Below are positions 40,636 to 54,700 of a DNA stretch of 64,000 nucleotides, in pieces. The stretch lies in NCBI GenBank assembly GCA_964016885.1, contig CAXHJY010000184.1, positions 558,001 through 622,000 of the forward strand, read 5' to 3'. The first letter of the stretch is position 1. Each line of letters opens with the position of its first letter. The notes beneath the pieces were generated by a model. It made no database searches and was not told where the DNA came from. It saw only the letters and a program-made list of their open reading frames with translations. The DNA is from Eledone cirrhosa. Taxonomy: Eukaryota. The position numbers and the translations under genes were made by a program.

Positions 40636-41837
40636 TTCACATCACATCACACCACATCACATCTCGTCTCGTCTCATTTCACCATGCCATGCCACATTTC
40701 ATCACATCACATTTCACCACATCACATCACATTTCACCACGCCACGCCACATCACATCACATGCCATCACACCACATGCTACCACACTACATCCCACCAC
40801 ACTCCACTACACCATATCCCACACCCTACATTGAACTACACCACACCACTGTCCACTACACTAAACCACACTCCACTACACTACACCACACCACTGTCCA
40901 CTACACTAAACCGCACACCACACTACACTACACCACACCACACCACTCTCTATTCGACTGTTTTCTATTTCGTAGGTATGTCCAGTTACAGTAAGAGAAA
41001 GAAAGTTATTTCAAAGGATCTGAGTAAGTAAACACTTCATTGACCATCATTTTAAGCAGAATCTGTGTAGTTTTAAATTGACCTTTTCATATGATTACAC
41101 TTCAGTCTTAACTTAACCACCTGTAGATGGATGCTACACGTAATGTTAAAATTAGTTAAACACTGTTTCCCCCTTCTCATCACATGTGGATGCTACATGT
41201 GTATTGTTAACATTAATCTAACGTTGTCCTCCTCCCCCGCCTCACCATATCATACCACACCACATCACACCATGTTGTACCACACCAGACCACATAACAC
41301 CATGCTATACCATATATATATATATGAGCTCCCCACTCGTTATATTAACTGTATCTCCTCGGTGTTTCGTGAAAGTCTGAGAGATCAGCTATATATTTGT
41401 TTACAATTTTTGTTTATATTTAGATGGAAAAGAAGAAAAAGACGACGAAGCAGATGACTAAAATGAAAATGAAAATGACAACAAAGACAAAGAAGACACG
41501 GGAAACGAAGATGACGAAAAGAAGTATGATCTCAGTTCAGTCTAAACCTAATGATTTATAGATATGATCTTAGTTCAGCCTTAACCTAATGACCTGCAGA
41601 TACGATCTATTTAGGTTTAACTTAAACATTCAAAGATATTTGTATATACTTTTGTTGATGTTTGACATTGTATTTTAGTTATGAAATAGCTTATAAGCTA
41701 CATTATAGGATCACAGTGCATGAGCACACTGCTCTTTAAATTAACTTTATCTCCTCAGCACTTTGTAAAGTCTGAGAGATAGGCAACATATATGTTTTAC
41801 ATTCTTTGTTTTTGGTATTTAGATGGCAGCGGAGAAG

Positions 41838-42058
41838 ATAAAGGCACAGAAGAAGTCAAAAGCACAGAAGAAGTCAAAGGCACAGAAGCAGTCAAAGGCA
41901 CAGAAGCAGTCAAAGGCACAGAAGCAGTCAAAGGCACAGAAGCAGTCAAAGGCACAGAAGCAGTCAAAAGCACAGAAGAAGTCAAAGGCACAGAAGCAGT
42001 CAAAGGCACAGAAGCAGCTAAAGGCACAGAAGAAGACAAAGGCACAGAAGAAGACAAA
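41838..42058 (+). repeat. 18-bp tandem repeat (AAAGGCACAGAAGCAGTC) x~12
   Basis: Read directly; translates as KGTEAV repeats in one frame. Confidence 0.9.
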
Positions 42059-42289
42059 GAAAATGAACAAGAACAATTATTATTACTATTATTATTGTTA
42101 TTATTATTTGAATTATTATAATCAAACTAAGCCACACTACATCAACCTATACCATACCACACCACACTGACAAACATTATAACCATACCACATTATCCAA
42201 CACCACACTACGAAACACTATACTTTACCACACTATATCACACCACTCAAGTTAGAGAGGATCAACTTTTTTCCTGGAAAGTAGAAAAC

Positions 42290-45200
42290 CTAACTTTAAG
42301 CTAAAACCGAACTTTAAAAATAACACTTGCACTCACACATGCTCTAACAGTGAACTTAGCGCTAACATGAAAACTAACACAAAGACTAACCTGAACACTA
42401 ACACTAAAACTGACACGAACACTAACCTGAACACCAGCACTAAAACTAACACTACCGTAAACACTAACCTGAACACTTACACTAAAACTAACATTAGCAC
42501 GAACACTAGCACTAAAACTAACACTACCATAAACACTAACACTGACCTGAGCACTAACACTAAAAGTAACACTAACACAAACACTAATCTGAAAACTGAT
42601 ACTAACCAGAAAACTAAGCTAACATTAACTTCAACACTAACACAAATATTAACACAAAAACAAACAGTAACGCAATCTCTAACACTAACCTCAACACTAA
42701 AACTAACATTAACTTGAACACTAACATAAACACTAATGCTAACATTAACGCTAACCTTAACACAAAAACAAAGACTAACGCTAACACAATCACTAACACT
42801 AATGGAAACATCAAACACTAATGCTAACAGAGATACTAACACAAATATTAACACAAAAACAAATACTAACACTAAACTTAACACTAAAACTAACATTAAC
42901 CTTAACACTAAAACTAACATTAACTTGAACACTAACACTAACCTGAACACTTACACTGAAACTAACACTACCACAAATACTAACACTGACCTGAGCACTA
43001 ACACTAAAAGTAACACTAACACAAACACTAATCTGAAAACTGATACTAACCAGAAAACTAAGCTAACATTAACTTCAACACTAAAATAAACACTAACGCT
43101 AACAGAGATACCAACACAAATATTAACACAAAAACAAACACTAACGCAATCTCTAACACTAACATTAACTTGAACACTAACATAAACACTAATGCTAACA
43201 CTAACAGAAATACTAATGCTAACATTAACCTTAACACAAAAACAAAGACTAACGCTAACACAATCTCTAACACTAATGGAAACATCAAACACTAATGCTA
43301 ACAGAGATACTAACACAAAAACAAATACTAACACTAACACAATCTCTAACACTAACTTGAACACTAACACTAACCTGAAAACTAACACAAACACTCATGC
43401 TAACACTAACAGAAATACTAATGCTAACATTAACACAAAAACAAAGACTAACGCTAACACAATCACTAACACTAATGGAAACATCAATCACTAATGCTAA
43501 CAGAGATACTAACACAAATATTAACACAAAAACAAACACTAACCTTAACACTAAAACTAACATTAACACTTAAACTAACACTACCATAAACAGTAACACT
43601 AACACTGATCTGAGCACTAACAGTAACACTAACACTACCATAAAAACTAACACTAACACTAACCAGAAAACTAAGCTAACATTAACCTCAACACTAAAAC
43701 TAACACTACCGTAAACACTAACACTAACCTGAGCACTGACATTAACACGAACATTAACCTGAACACTAAAACTAACACTACCATAAACCACTAACCTGAG
43801 CACTAACATTAAAAGTAACACGAGCCCTAACCTGAAAACTAAGTCAACATTAACCTGAACACTAACACTAACAAAAATGCTAACACTAATACAAAATCAA
43901 ACACTAACGCCAACGCCAACGCTGACACTGACGAAGATGGCTATGCTGGCACAAACGCTAGTGCAAATGTTGACACAATCGCTTACGCTGACAAACACTA
44001 ACGTGAATACTGATGCAGGTGCAAAGGCGAATGCGGACAAAGACTCTGACGCACACGTTGATGTAAATGCTACCCAGACTCTAACGCTGACACTGATATA
44101 AAAAAAGCAAATGCAGACACTAATGCAAACAGACGCAAAAGTTGATCCAGATGTTAAAGCAAACGCAAACGATGACAGCGATGCTAATGTGAACCTTAAT
44201 GCAGGCGTAAACATTGACGTAGAAGCTAAAGGAAACACTAATGAAAATGCTGACGCAGACGCTGACACAGACACAGACACACGTTAACACAGATGCTAAC
44301 GTAAACACTGACGCAGATGCTAATATAAACGCTGACACAGATGCTAACATAAACGCTGACGCTGATGTAGATGTGAATACAGACACTGACACAGACGTAG
44401 AAGCTAACACACACGCTGACACAGACACTAATGTAAGCGCTGACATAGAAGCTAATGTAGATGCTGACATAGAAGCTAACGTAAATGATGATGTAGATGT
44501 TAACGTAGACGCTGACGTAGAAGCTAACGTAGATGCTGATGTAGAAGCAAACGTAAACGCTGACGTAGAAGCTAACAAAACGCTGACGTAGTTGTTACGT
44601 AGAAGCAGGCGTAGAAGTTAGCGTTTACCCTTACCGCCGAAGCTGATCTCCAAAACGCAATTGCTGATGCGGATTGCTGAAGCCAAAGCCAAGCTAACGC
44701 TGACGCAAATGTTGAGGCAGTATTGCCAGGCGCTGACGTGTATGCTGACGCTAACGCAAATGCTGATGCGGACGCTAGGGCTAAGGCTAACGCTAACGCT
44801 GACGCAAATGCTGAAGTTAACGCTTACATGGGATATGCAGACGCTGCAATGATGCGGACGCCACAGGAAAGGTTAATGGAAACGCTAATGCTAACGGAAA
44901 ACGCTGACGTACACGTTACGGAAACGCTGACGTAGAAGCTCACGTAAACGCTGGCACAGACTCTAACGTAAACGCTGACACAGACGCTAACGTAAACACT
45001 GATGTTAACTGAAACGCTGACGCTGATGTAGATGTAAATACTGATGCTGACACAGACGAAAACGCTGACGTAGAAGCTAATATACACACTGACACAGACG
45101 CTAACGGAAATGCTGACAAAGACTAATGTGAATGCTGATGCAGATGCTGACACAAATGCTAACCCCTACACAAATGCAAACGCTGATGCTAACACTGACT

Positions 45201-45580
45201 CAAACACTAATGCAAATGCTGACGTGCACACTGATGCTGACGCGGACGCTAATGATAATGCTGACTCAGAAGCTGACGTAGACGCAGGCACTGAAACAAA
45301 CACTAATGCTAACACTAATGTTGACTTAGACACTAAGGGAAATGCTGACACAATCACTATCACCAGTGCAGACGCTGACGCAAATGCTGACACTTACGCA
45401 AACACTAACACCAGTTTACATAGACACTAACACAAAAGCTTACATAGACGCTTATGCAAATGCTAACGCTGATGCAGACAGTAACGCAAACAGTGACAGT
45501 AATGCTAACAGTAACACAGTCACTAACAATAAACTTACCATTAACAGTAAAACTTACCCTAAATCTAACATGAACCCAGA
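42290..45580. repeat. Degenerate hexamer-periodic array (AACACT -> GACGCT/GTAGAT -> AACAGT)
   Basis: 6-bp periodicity throughout, with internal ~480-bp duplications (42520-42640 vs 42970-43085). Confidence 0.85.
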
Positions 45581-45779
45581 GAAAAAGTCATTTGCAATCA
45601 CATTTAAGCTCACTCTTTAAGATATAGAAGATAGGCATTACATTTTAATGATTTTAATTTAAAGAGAAACACGCTATATGATGCAATGCAACACAATAAC
45701 ACACCACACTACACTAACCTACACTACACCAAACCAGATTATACCATACCTTGGTAAATTTATGATAGGCTTCTATGTT

Positions 45780-48700
45780 ATAACTACACCAAACCAAACC
45801 TCACCATAACAAACTACACCATACTACATCACACCATGCTATTAATCTCAGTGAGAACATTTTTCTTCCTGTTTTTTTTTTTTTTTCTGTGTGTGTGTGC
45901 TTACCACCCAATCTGATATCAAAAGTGCTCACAAATGATTATTTTTTTACACATTATCAATGTATATAACATGGAAACGTATCATTTGCAATAGGTTCCC
46001 ATGTCATAACTACAACAATCCAAACCACACCATAACCAACTACACCATTCTACAGCACACCATGCTTTTGATCTCAGTGTGAAAAATTTTCTTCCTGTTT
46101 CTTTTTTTTTTTTTTTTGTGTGCTCTTACCACCCAATCTGACATCAAAGGTGCTGCAATTGACTATTTTTTGCACATATTATCAATAATTATGACATGGA
46201 AACCTGATGAAAATGACTAGCTTTGTAGAAAAAAGAGGGAGGATGTGGGTGGAAATACCATTTACAAAGCTAGTCATTTTTTATTGCAGCGGAAGTCATA
46301 TTTTTTGATAATATGCTAAAAGCATAGTTCACTGCGAGCTTCTTGGAAGTTGATAACACGTGCAAAAATGAATGAAAAATTTTTTTTTCTAACATAAATC
46401 AAAGTGGAAATTTAAATCCTCACTTGTAACAAAGCACACCACAGCACATTAATCTACCTCAATCCACACCATAACCATACTTCACTATATGGTAATTTAT
46501 TACAGAACACATACTCCTACCATTTACATCACATGGACGTTAATGTGACAAATTTGCTACTTGCATTTCTTTTTTTTTTTTGTGGTTACCACCTCAAACT
46601 AACATCAAAGGTGCTTGCAAATGACTATTTTCCCACACATTATCAATGAATATGACATGGGAATCTATCGTTTACAATTGGTTTCCATTTCATAACTTCA
46701 CCAAACCAAACCAAACCACACCAAGTTACACCATACTACATCACACCAAGCTATTGATCTTGGTGTGAAAAATTTTCTTTCCATTTCCTTTTTTTTTTGT
46801 GTGTGTGCTTACCACCCAATCTGACATTAAAGGTGCTCCGAATTGACTATTTTTTTTTCCACTTATCAATAAATATGACATGGAAACCTGTCGAAAATGA
46901 CTATCTTTGTAGAAACTTCACCAAATCACACCAAGATATTGATTTTGGTGTGACAAATTTTCATCTGGCATTTTTTTTTTTTTTTTTGCTTACCACCCAA
47001 TTTGACATAAAAGGTGCTCGCAAATTACTATTTTATGAACATATTATCAATGGTTATGACATGGAAACCTGATGAAAATGACTAGTTTTGTAGAAAAAAG
47101 AGGGAGGATGTTGGTGGAAATACCATTTAAAAAGCTAGTCATTTTTTATTGCAGTGGAAGTCATATTTTTTGTTAATATGCTAAAAGCATAGTCCACTGC
47201 GAGCTTCTTGGAAGTTGATAACGCATGCAAAAATGAATGAAAAATTTTTTTTTCTAACATAAATCAAAGTGGAAATTTAAATCCTCACTTATAACAAAGC
47301 ACACCACAGCACATTAATCTACCTCAATCCACACCATAACCATACTTCACTATATGGTAATTTATTACAGAACACATACTCCTACCATTTACATCACTTG
47401 GACATTAACGTGACAAATTTGCTACTTGCTTTTTTTTTCTTTTTGTGGTTACCACCTCAAACTAACATCAAAGGTGCTTGCAAATGACTATTTTCCCACA
47501 CATTATCAATGAATATGACATGGGAATCTATCGTTTACAATTGGTTTCCATTTCATAACTTCACCAAACCAAACCACACCATACCAAGTTACACCATACT
47601 ACATCGCACCAAGCTATTGATCTTGGTGTGAAAAATTTTTTTCCTGTTTCCTTTTTTTTTTTTGTGTGTGTGCTTACCACCCAATCTGACATTAAAGGTG
47701 CTCCCAATTGACTATTTTTTTTTCCACTTATCAATAATTATGACATGGAAACCTATAGAAACATCACCAAACCACACCATACTACATCACACCAAGATAT
47801 TGATTTTGCTGTGACAAATTTTCATCTGATATTTTTTTTTTTTTTTTTTGCTTACCACCCAATTTGACATAAAAGTTGCTCGCAAATTACTATTTTATGA
47901 ACATATTATCAATGGTTATGACATGGAAACCTGATGAAAATGACTAGCTTTGTAGAAAAAAGAGGGAGGATGTGGGTGGAAATACCATTTACAAAGCTAG
48001 TCATTTTTTATTGCAGTGGAAGTCATATTTTTTGTTAATATGCTAAAAGCATAGTCCACTGCGAGCTTCTTGGAAGTTGATAACGCATGCAAAAATGAAT
48101 GAAAAATTTTTTTTTCTAACATAATTCAAAGTGGAAATTTAAATCCTCACTTGTAACAAAGCACACCACAGCACATTAATCTACCTCAATCCACACCATA
48201 ACCATACTTCACTATATGGTAATTTATTACAGAACACATACTCCTACCATTTACATCACATGGACATTAATGTGACAAATTTGCTACTTGCATTTCTTTT
48301 TTTTTTTTGTGGTTACCACCTCAAACTAACATCAAAGGTGCTTGCAAATGACTATTTTCCCACACATTATCAATGAATATGACATGGGAATCTATCGTTT
48401 ACAATTGGTTTCTATTTCATAAGTTCACCAAACCAAACCACACCATACCAAGTTACACCATACTACATCACACCAAGCTATTGATCTTGGTGTGAAAAAT
48501 TTTCTTTCCATTTCCTTTTTTTTTTGTGTGTGTGCTTACCACCCAATCTGACATTAAAGGTGCTCCGAATTGACTATTTTTTTTTCCACTTATCAATAAA
48601 TATGACATGGAAACCTGTCGAAAATGACTATCTTTGTAGAAACTTCACCAAATCACACCAAGATATTGATTTTGGTGTGACAAATTTTCATCTGGCATTT

Positions 48701-51700
48701 TTTTTTTTTTTTTTGCTTACCACCCAATTTGACATAAAAGGTGCTCGCAAATTACTATTTTATGAACATATTATCAATGGTTATGACATGGAAACCTGAT
48801 GAAAATGACTAGTTTTGTAGAAAAAAGAGGGAGGATGTTGGTGGAAATACCATTTAAAAAGCTAGTCATTTTTTATTGCAGTGGAAGTCATATTTTTTGT
48901 TAATATGCTAAAAGCATAGTCCACTGCGAGCTTCTTGGAAGTTGATAACGCATGCAAAAATGAATGAAAAATTTTTTTTTCTAACATAAATCAAAGTGGA
49001 AATTTAAATCCTCACTTATAACAAAGCACACCACAGCACATTAATCTACCTCAATCCACACCATAACCATACTTCACTATATGGTAATTTATTACAGAAG
49101 ACATACTCCTACCATTTACATCACTTGGACATTAACGTGACAAATTTGCTACTTGCGTTTTTTTTCTTTTTGTGGTTACCACCTCAAACTAACATCAAAG
49201 GTGCTTGCAAATGACTATTTTCCCACACATTATCAATGAATATGACATGGGAATCTATCGTTTACAATTGGTTTCCATTTCATAACTTCACCAAACCACA
49301 CCATACCAAGTTACACCATACTACATCGCACCAAGCTATTGATCTTGGTGTGAAAAATGTTTTTCCTGTTTCCTTTTTTTTTTTTGTGTGTGTGCTTACC
49401 ACCCAATCTGACATTAAAGGTGCTCCCAATTGACTATTTTTTTTTCCACTTATCAATAATTATGACATGGAAACCTGTAGAAACTTCACCAAACCACACC
49501 ATACTACATCACACCAAGATATTGATTTTGCTGTGACAAATTTTCATCTGGCATTTTTTTTTTTTTTTTTTTGCTTACCACCCAATTTGACATAAAAGTT
49601 GCTCGCAAATTACTATTTTATGAACATATTATCAATGGTTATGACATGGAAACCTGATGAAAATGACTAGCTTTGTAGAAAAAAGAGGGAGGATGTGGGT
49701 GGAAATACCATTTACAAAGCTTGTCATTTTTTATTGCAGTGGAAGTCATATTTTTTGTTAATATGCTAAAAGCATAGTCCACTGCGAGCTTCTTGGAAGT
49801 TGATAACGCATGAAAAAATGAATGAAAAATTTTTTTTTCTAACATAATTCAAAGTGGAAATTTAAATCCTCACTTGTAACAAAGCACACCACAGCACATT
49901 AATCTACCTCAATCCACACCATAACCATACTTCACTATATGGTAATTTATTACAGAACACATACTCCTACCATTTACATCACATGGACATTAATGTGACA
50001 AATTTGCTACTTGCATTTCTTTTTTTTTTTTGTGGTTACCACCTCAAACTAACATCAAAGGTGCTTGCAAATGACTATTTTCCCACACATTATCAATGAA
50101 TATGACATGGGAATCTATCGTTTACAATTGGTTTCTATTTCATAAGTTCACCAAACCAAACCACACCATACCAAGTTACACCATACTACATCACACCAAG
50201 CTATTGATCTTGGTGTGAAAAATTTTCTTTCCATTTCCTTTTTTTTTTGTGTGTGTGCTTACCACCCAATCTGACATTAAAGGTGCTCCGAATTGACTAT
50301 TTTTTTTTCCACTTATCAATAAATATGACATGGAAACCTGTCGAAAATGACTATCTTTGTAGAAACTTCACCAAATCACACCAAGATATTGATTTTGGTG
50401 TGACAAATTTTCATCTGGCATTTTTTTTTTTTTTTTTGCTTACCACCCAATTTGACATAAAAGGTGCTCGCAAATTACTATTTTATGAACATATTATCAA
50501 TGGTTATGACATGGAAACCTGATGAAAATGACTAGTTTTGTAGAAAAAAGAGGGAGGATGTTGGTGGAAATACCATTTAAAAAGCTAGTCATTTTTTATT
50601 GCAGTGGAAGTCATATTTTTTGTTAATATGCTAAAAGCATAGTCCACTGCGAGCTTCTTGGAAGTTGATAACGCATGCAAAAATGAATGAAAAATTTTTT
50701 TTTCTAACATAAATCAAAGTGGAAATTTAAATCCTCACTTATAACAAAGCACACCACAGCACATTAATCTACCTCAATCCACACCATAACCATACTTCAC
50801 TATATGGTAATTTATTACAGAAGACATACTCCTACCATTTACATCACTTGGACATTAACGTGACAAATTTGCTACTTGCGTTTTTTTTCTTTTTGTGGTT
50901 ACCACCTCAAACTAACATCAAAGGTGCTTGCAAATGACTATTTTCCCACACATTATCAATGAATATGACATGGGAATCTATCGTTTACAATTGGTTTCCA
51001 TTTCATAACTTCACCAAACCAAACCACACCATACCAAGTTACACCATACTACATTGCACCAAGCTATTGATCTTGGTGTGAAAAATTTTTTTCCTGTTTC
51101 CTTTTTTTTTTTTGTGTGTGTGCTTACCACCCAATCTGACATTAAAGGTGCTCCCAATTGACTATTTTTTTTTCCACTTATCAATAATTATGACATGGAA
51201 ACCTGTAGAAACTTCACCAAACCACACCATACTACATCACACCAAGATATTGATTTTGCTGTGACAAATTTTCATCTGGCATTTTTTTTTTTTTTTTTTT
51301 GCTTACCACCCAATTTGACATAAAAGTTGCTCGCAAATTACTATTTTATGAACATATTATCAATGGTTATGACATGGAAACCTGATGAAAATGACTAGCT
51401 TTGTAGAAAAAAGAGGGAGGATGTGGGTGGAAATACCATTTACAAAGCTAGTCATTTTTTATTGCAGTGGAAGTCATATTTTTTGTTAATATGCTAAAAG
51501 CATAGTCCACTGCGAGCTTCTTGGAAGTTGATAACGCATGCAAAAATGAATGAAAAATTTTTTTTTCTAACATAAATCAAAGTGGAAATTTAAATCCTCA
51601 CTTGTAACAAAGCACACCACAGCACATTAATCTACCTCAATCCACACCATAACCATACTTCACTATATGGTAATTTATTACAGAACACATACTCCTACCA

Positions 51701-54700
51701 TTTACATCACATGGACATTAATGTGACAAATTTGCTACTTGCATTTCTTTTTTTTTTTTGTGGTTACCACCTCAAACTAACATCAAAGGTGCTTGCAAAT
51801 GACTATTTTCCCACACATTATCAATGAATATGACATGGGAATCTATCGTTTACAATTGGTTTCTATTTCATAACTTCACCAAACCAAACCACACCATACC
51901 AAGTTACACCATACTACATCACACCAAGCTATTGATCTTGGTGTGAAAAATTTTCTTTCCATTTCCTTTTTTTTTTTTTGTGTGTGCTTACCACCCAATC
52001 TGACATTAAAGGTGCTCCGAATTGACTATTTTTTTTTCCACTTATCAATAAATATGACATGGAAACCTGTCGAAAATGACTATCTTTGTAGAAACTTCAC
52101 CAAATCACACCAAGATATTGATTTTGGTGTGACAAATTTTCATCTGGCATTTTTTTTTTTTTTTTTGCTTACCACCCAATTTGACATAAAAGGTGCTCGC
52201 AAATTACTATTTTATGAACATATTATCAATGGTTATGACATGGAAACCTGATGAAAATGACTAGTTTTGTAGAAAAAAGAGGGAGGATGTTGGTGGAAAT
52301 ACCATTTAAAAAGCTAGTCATTTTTTATTGCAGTGGAAGTCATATTTTTTGTTAATATGCTAAAAGCATAGTCCACTGCGAGCTTCTTGGAAGTTGATAA
52401 CGCATGCAAAAATGAATGAAAAATTTTTTTTTCTAACATAAATCAAAGTGGAAATTTAAATCCTCACTTATAACAAAGCACACCACAGCACATTAATCTA
52501 CCTCAATCCACACCATAACCATACTTCACTATATGGTAATTTATTACAGAAGACATACTCCTACCATTTACATCACTTGGACATTAACGTGACAAATTTG
52601 CTACTTGCGTTTTTTTTCTTTTTGTGGTTACCACCTCAAACTAACATCAAAGGTGCTTGCAAATGACTATTTTCCCACACATTATCAATGAATATGACAT
52701 GGGAATCTATCGTTTACAATTGGTTTCCATTTCATAACTTCACCAAACCAAACCACACCATACCAAGTTACACCATACTACATCGCACCAAGCTATTGAT
52801 CTTGGTGTGAAAAATTTTTTTCCTGTTTCCTTTTTTTTTTTTGTGTGTGTGCTTACCACCCAATCTGACATTAAAGGTGCTCCCAATTGACTATTTTTTT
52901 TTCCACTTATCAATAATTATGACATGGAAACCTGTAGAAACTTCACCAAACCACACCATACTACATCACACCAAGATATTGATTTTGCTGTGACAAATTT
53001 TCATCTGGCATTTTTTTTTTTTTTTTTTTGCTTACCACCCAATTTGACATAAAAGTTGCTCGCAAATTACTATTTTATGAACATATTATCAATGGTTATG
53101 ACATGGAAACCTGATGAAAATGACTAGCTTTGTAGAAAAAAGAGGGAGGATGTGTGTGGAAATACCATTTACAAAGCTAGTCATTTTTTATTGCAGTGGA
53201 AGTCATATTTTTTGTTAATATGCTAAAAGCATAGTCCACTGCGAGCTTCTTGGAAGTTGATAACGCATGCAAAAATGAATGAAAAATTTTTTTTTCTAAC
53301 ATAAATCAAAGTGGAAATTTAAATCCTCACTTGTAACAAAGCACACCACAGCACATTAATCTACCTCAATCCACACCATAACCATACTTCACTATATGGT
53401 AATTTATTACAGAACACATACTCCTACCATTTACATCACATGGACATTAATGTGACAAATTTGCTACTTGCATTTCTTTTTTTTTTTTGTGGTTACCACC
53501 TCAAACTAACATCAAAGGTGCTTGCAAATGACTATTTTCCCACACATTATCAATGAATATGACATGGGAATCTATCGTTTACAATTGGTTTCTATTTCAT
53601 AAGTTCACCAAACCAAAGCACACCATACCAAGTTACACCATACTACATCACACCAAGCTATTGATCTTGGTGTGAAAAATTTTCTTTCCATTTCCTTTTT
53701 TTTTTGTGTGTGTGCTTACCACCCAATCTGACATTAAAGGTGCTCCGAATTGACTATTTTTTTTTCCACTTATCAATAAATATGACATGGAAACCTGTCG
53801 AAAATGACTATCTTTGTAGAAACTTCACCAAATCACACCAAGATATTGATTTTGGTGTGACAAATTTTCATCTGGCATTTTTTTTTTTTTTTTTGCTTAC
53901 CACCCAATTTGACATAAAAGGTGCTCGCAAATTACTATTTTATGAACATATTATCAATGGTTATGACATGGAAACCTGATGAAAATGACTAGTTTTGTAG
54001 AAAAAAGAGGGAGGATGTTGGTGGAAATACCATTTAAAAAGCTAGTCATTTTTTATTGCAGTGGAAGTCATATTTTTTGTTAATATGCTAAAAGCATAGT
54101 CCACTGCGAGCTTCTTGGAAGTTGATAACGCATGCAAAAATGAATGAAAAATTTTTTTTTCTAACATGAATCAAAGTGGAAATTTAAATCCTCACTTATA
54201 ACAAAGCACACCACAGCACATTAATCTACCTCAATCCTCACCATAACCATACTTCACTATATGGTAATTTATTACAGAACACATACTCCTACCATTTACA
54301 TCACTTGGACATTAACGTGACAAATTTGCTACTTGCGTTTTTTTTCTTTTTGTGGTTACCACCTCAAACTAACATCAAAGGTGCTTGCAAATGACTATTT
54401 TCCCACACATTATCAATGAATATGACATGGGAATCTATCGTTTACAATTGGTTTCCATTTCATAACTTCACCAAACCACACCATACCAAGTTACACCATA
54501 CTACATCGCACCAAGCTATTGATCTTGGTGTGAAAAATGTTTTTCCTGTTTCCTTTTTTTTTTTTGTGTGTGTGCTTACCACCCAATCTGACATTAAAGG
54601 TGCTCCCAATTGACTATTTTTTTTTCCACTTATCAATAATTATGACATGGAAACCTGTAGAAACTTCACCAAACCACACCATACTACATCACACCAAGAT

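Noticed and set aside
46204-46290. Hammerhead in macrosatellite (CTGATGA followed by a long stem)
   Set aside because: The stem is followed by TTTATTG rather than GAAA, and no stem I/III can be formed.
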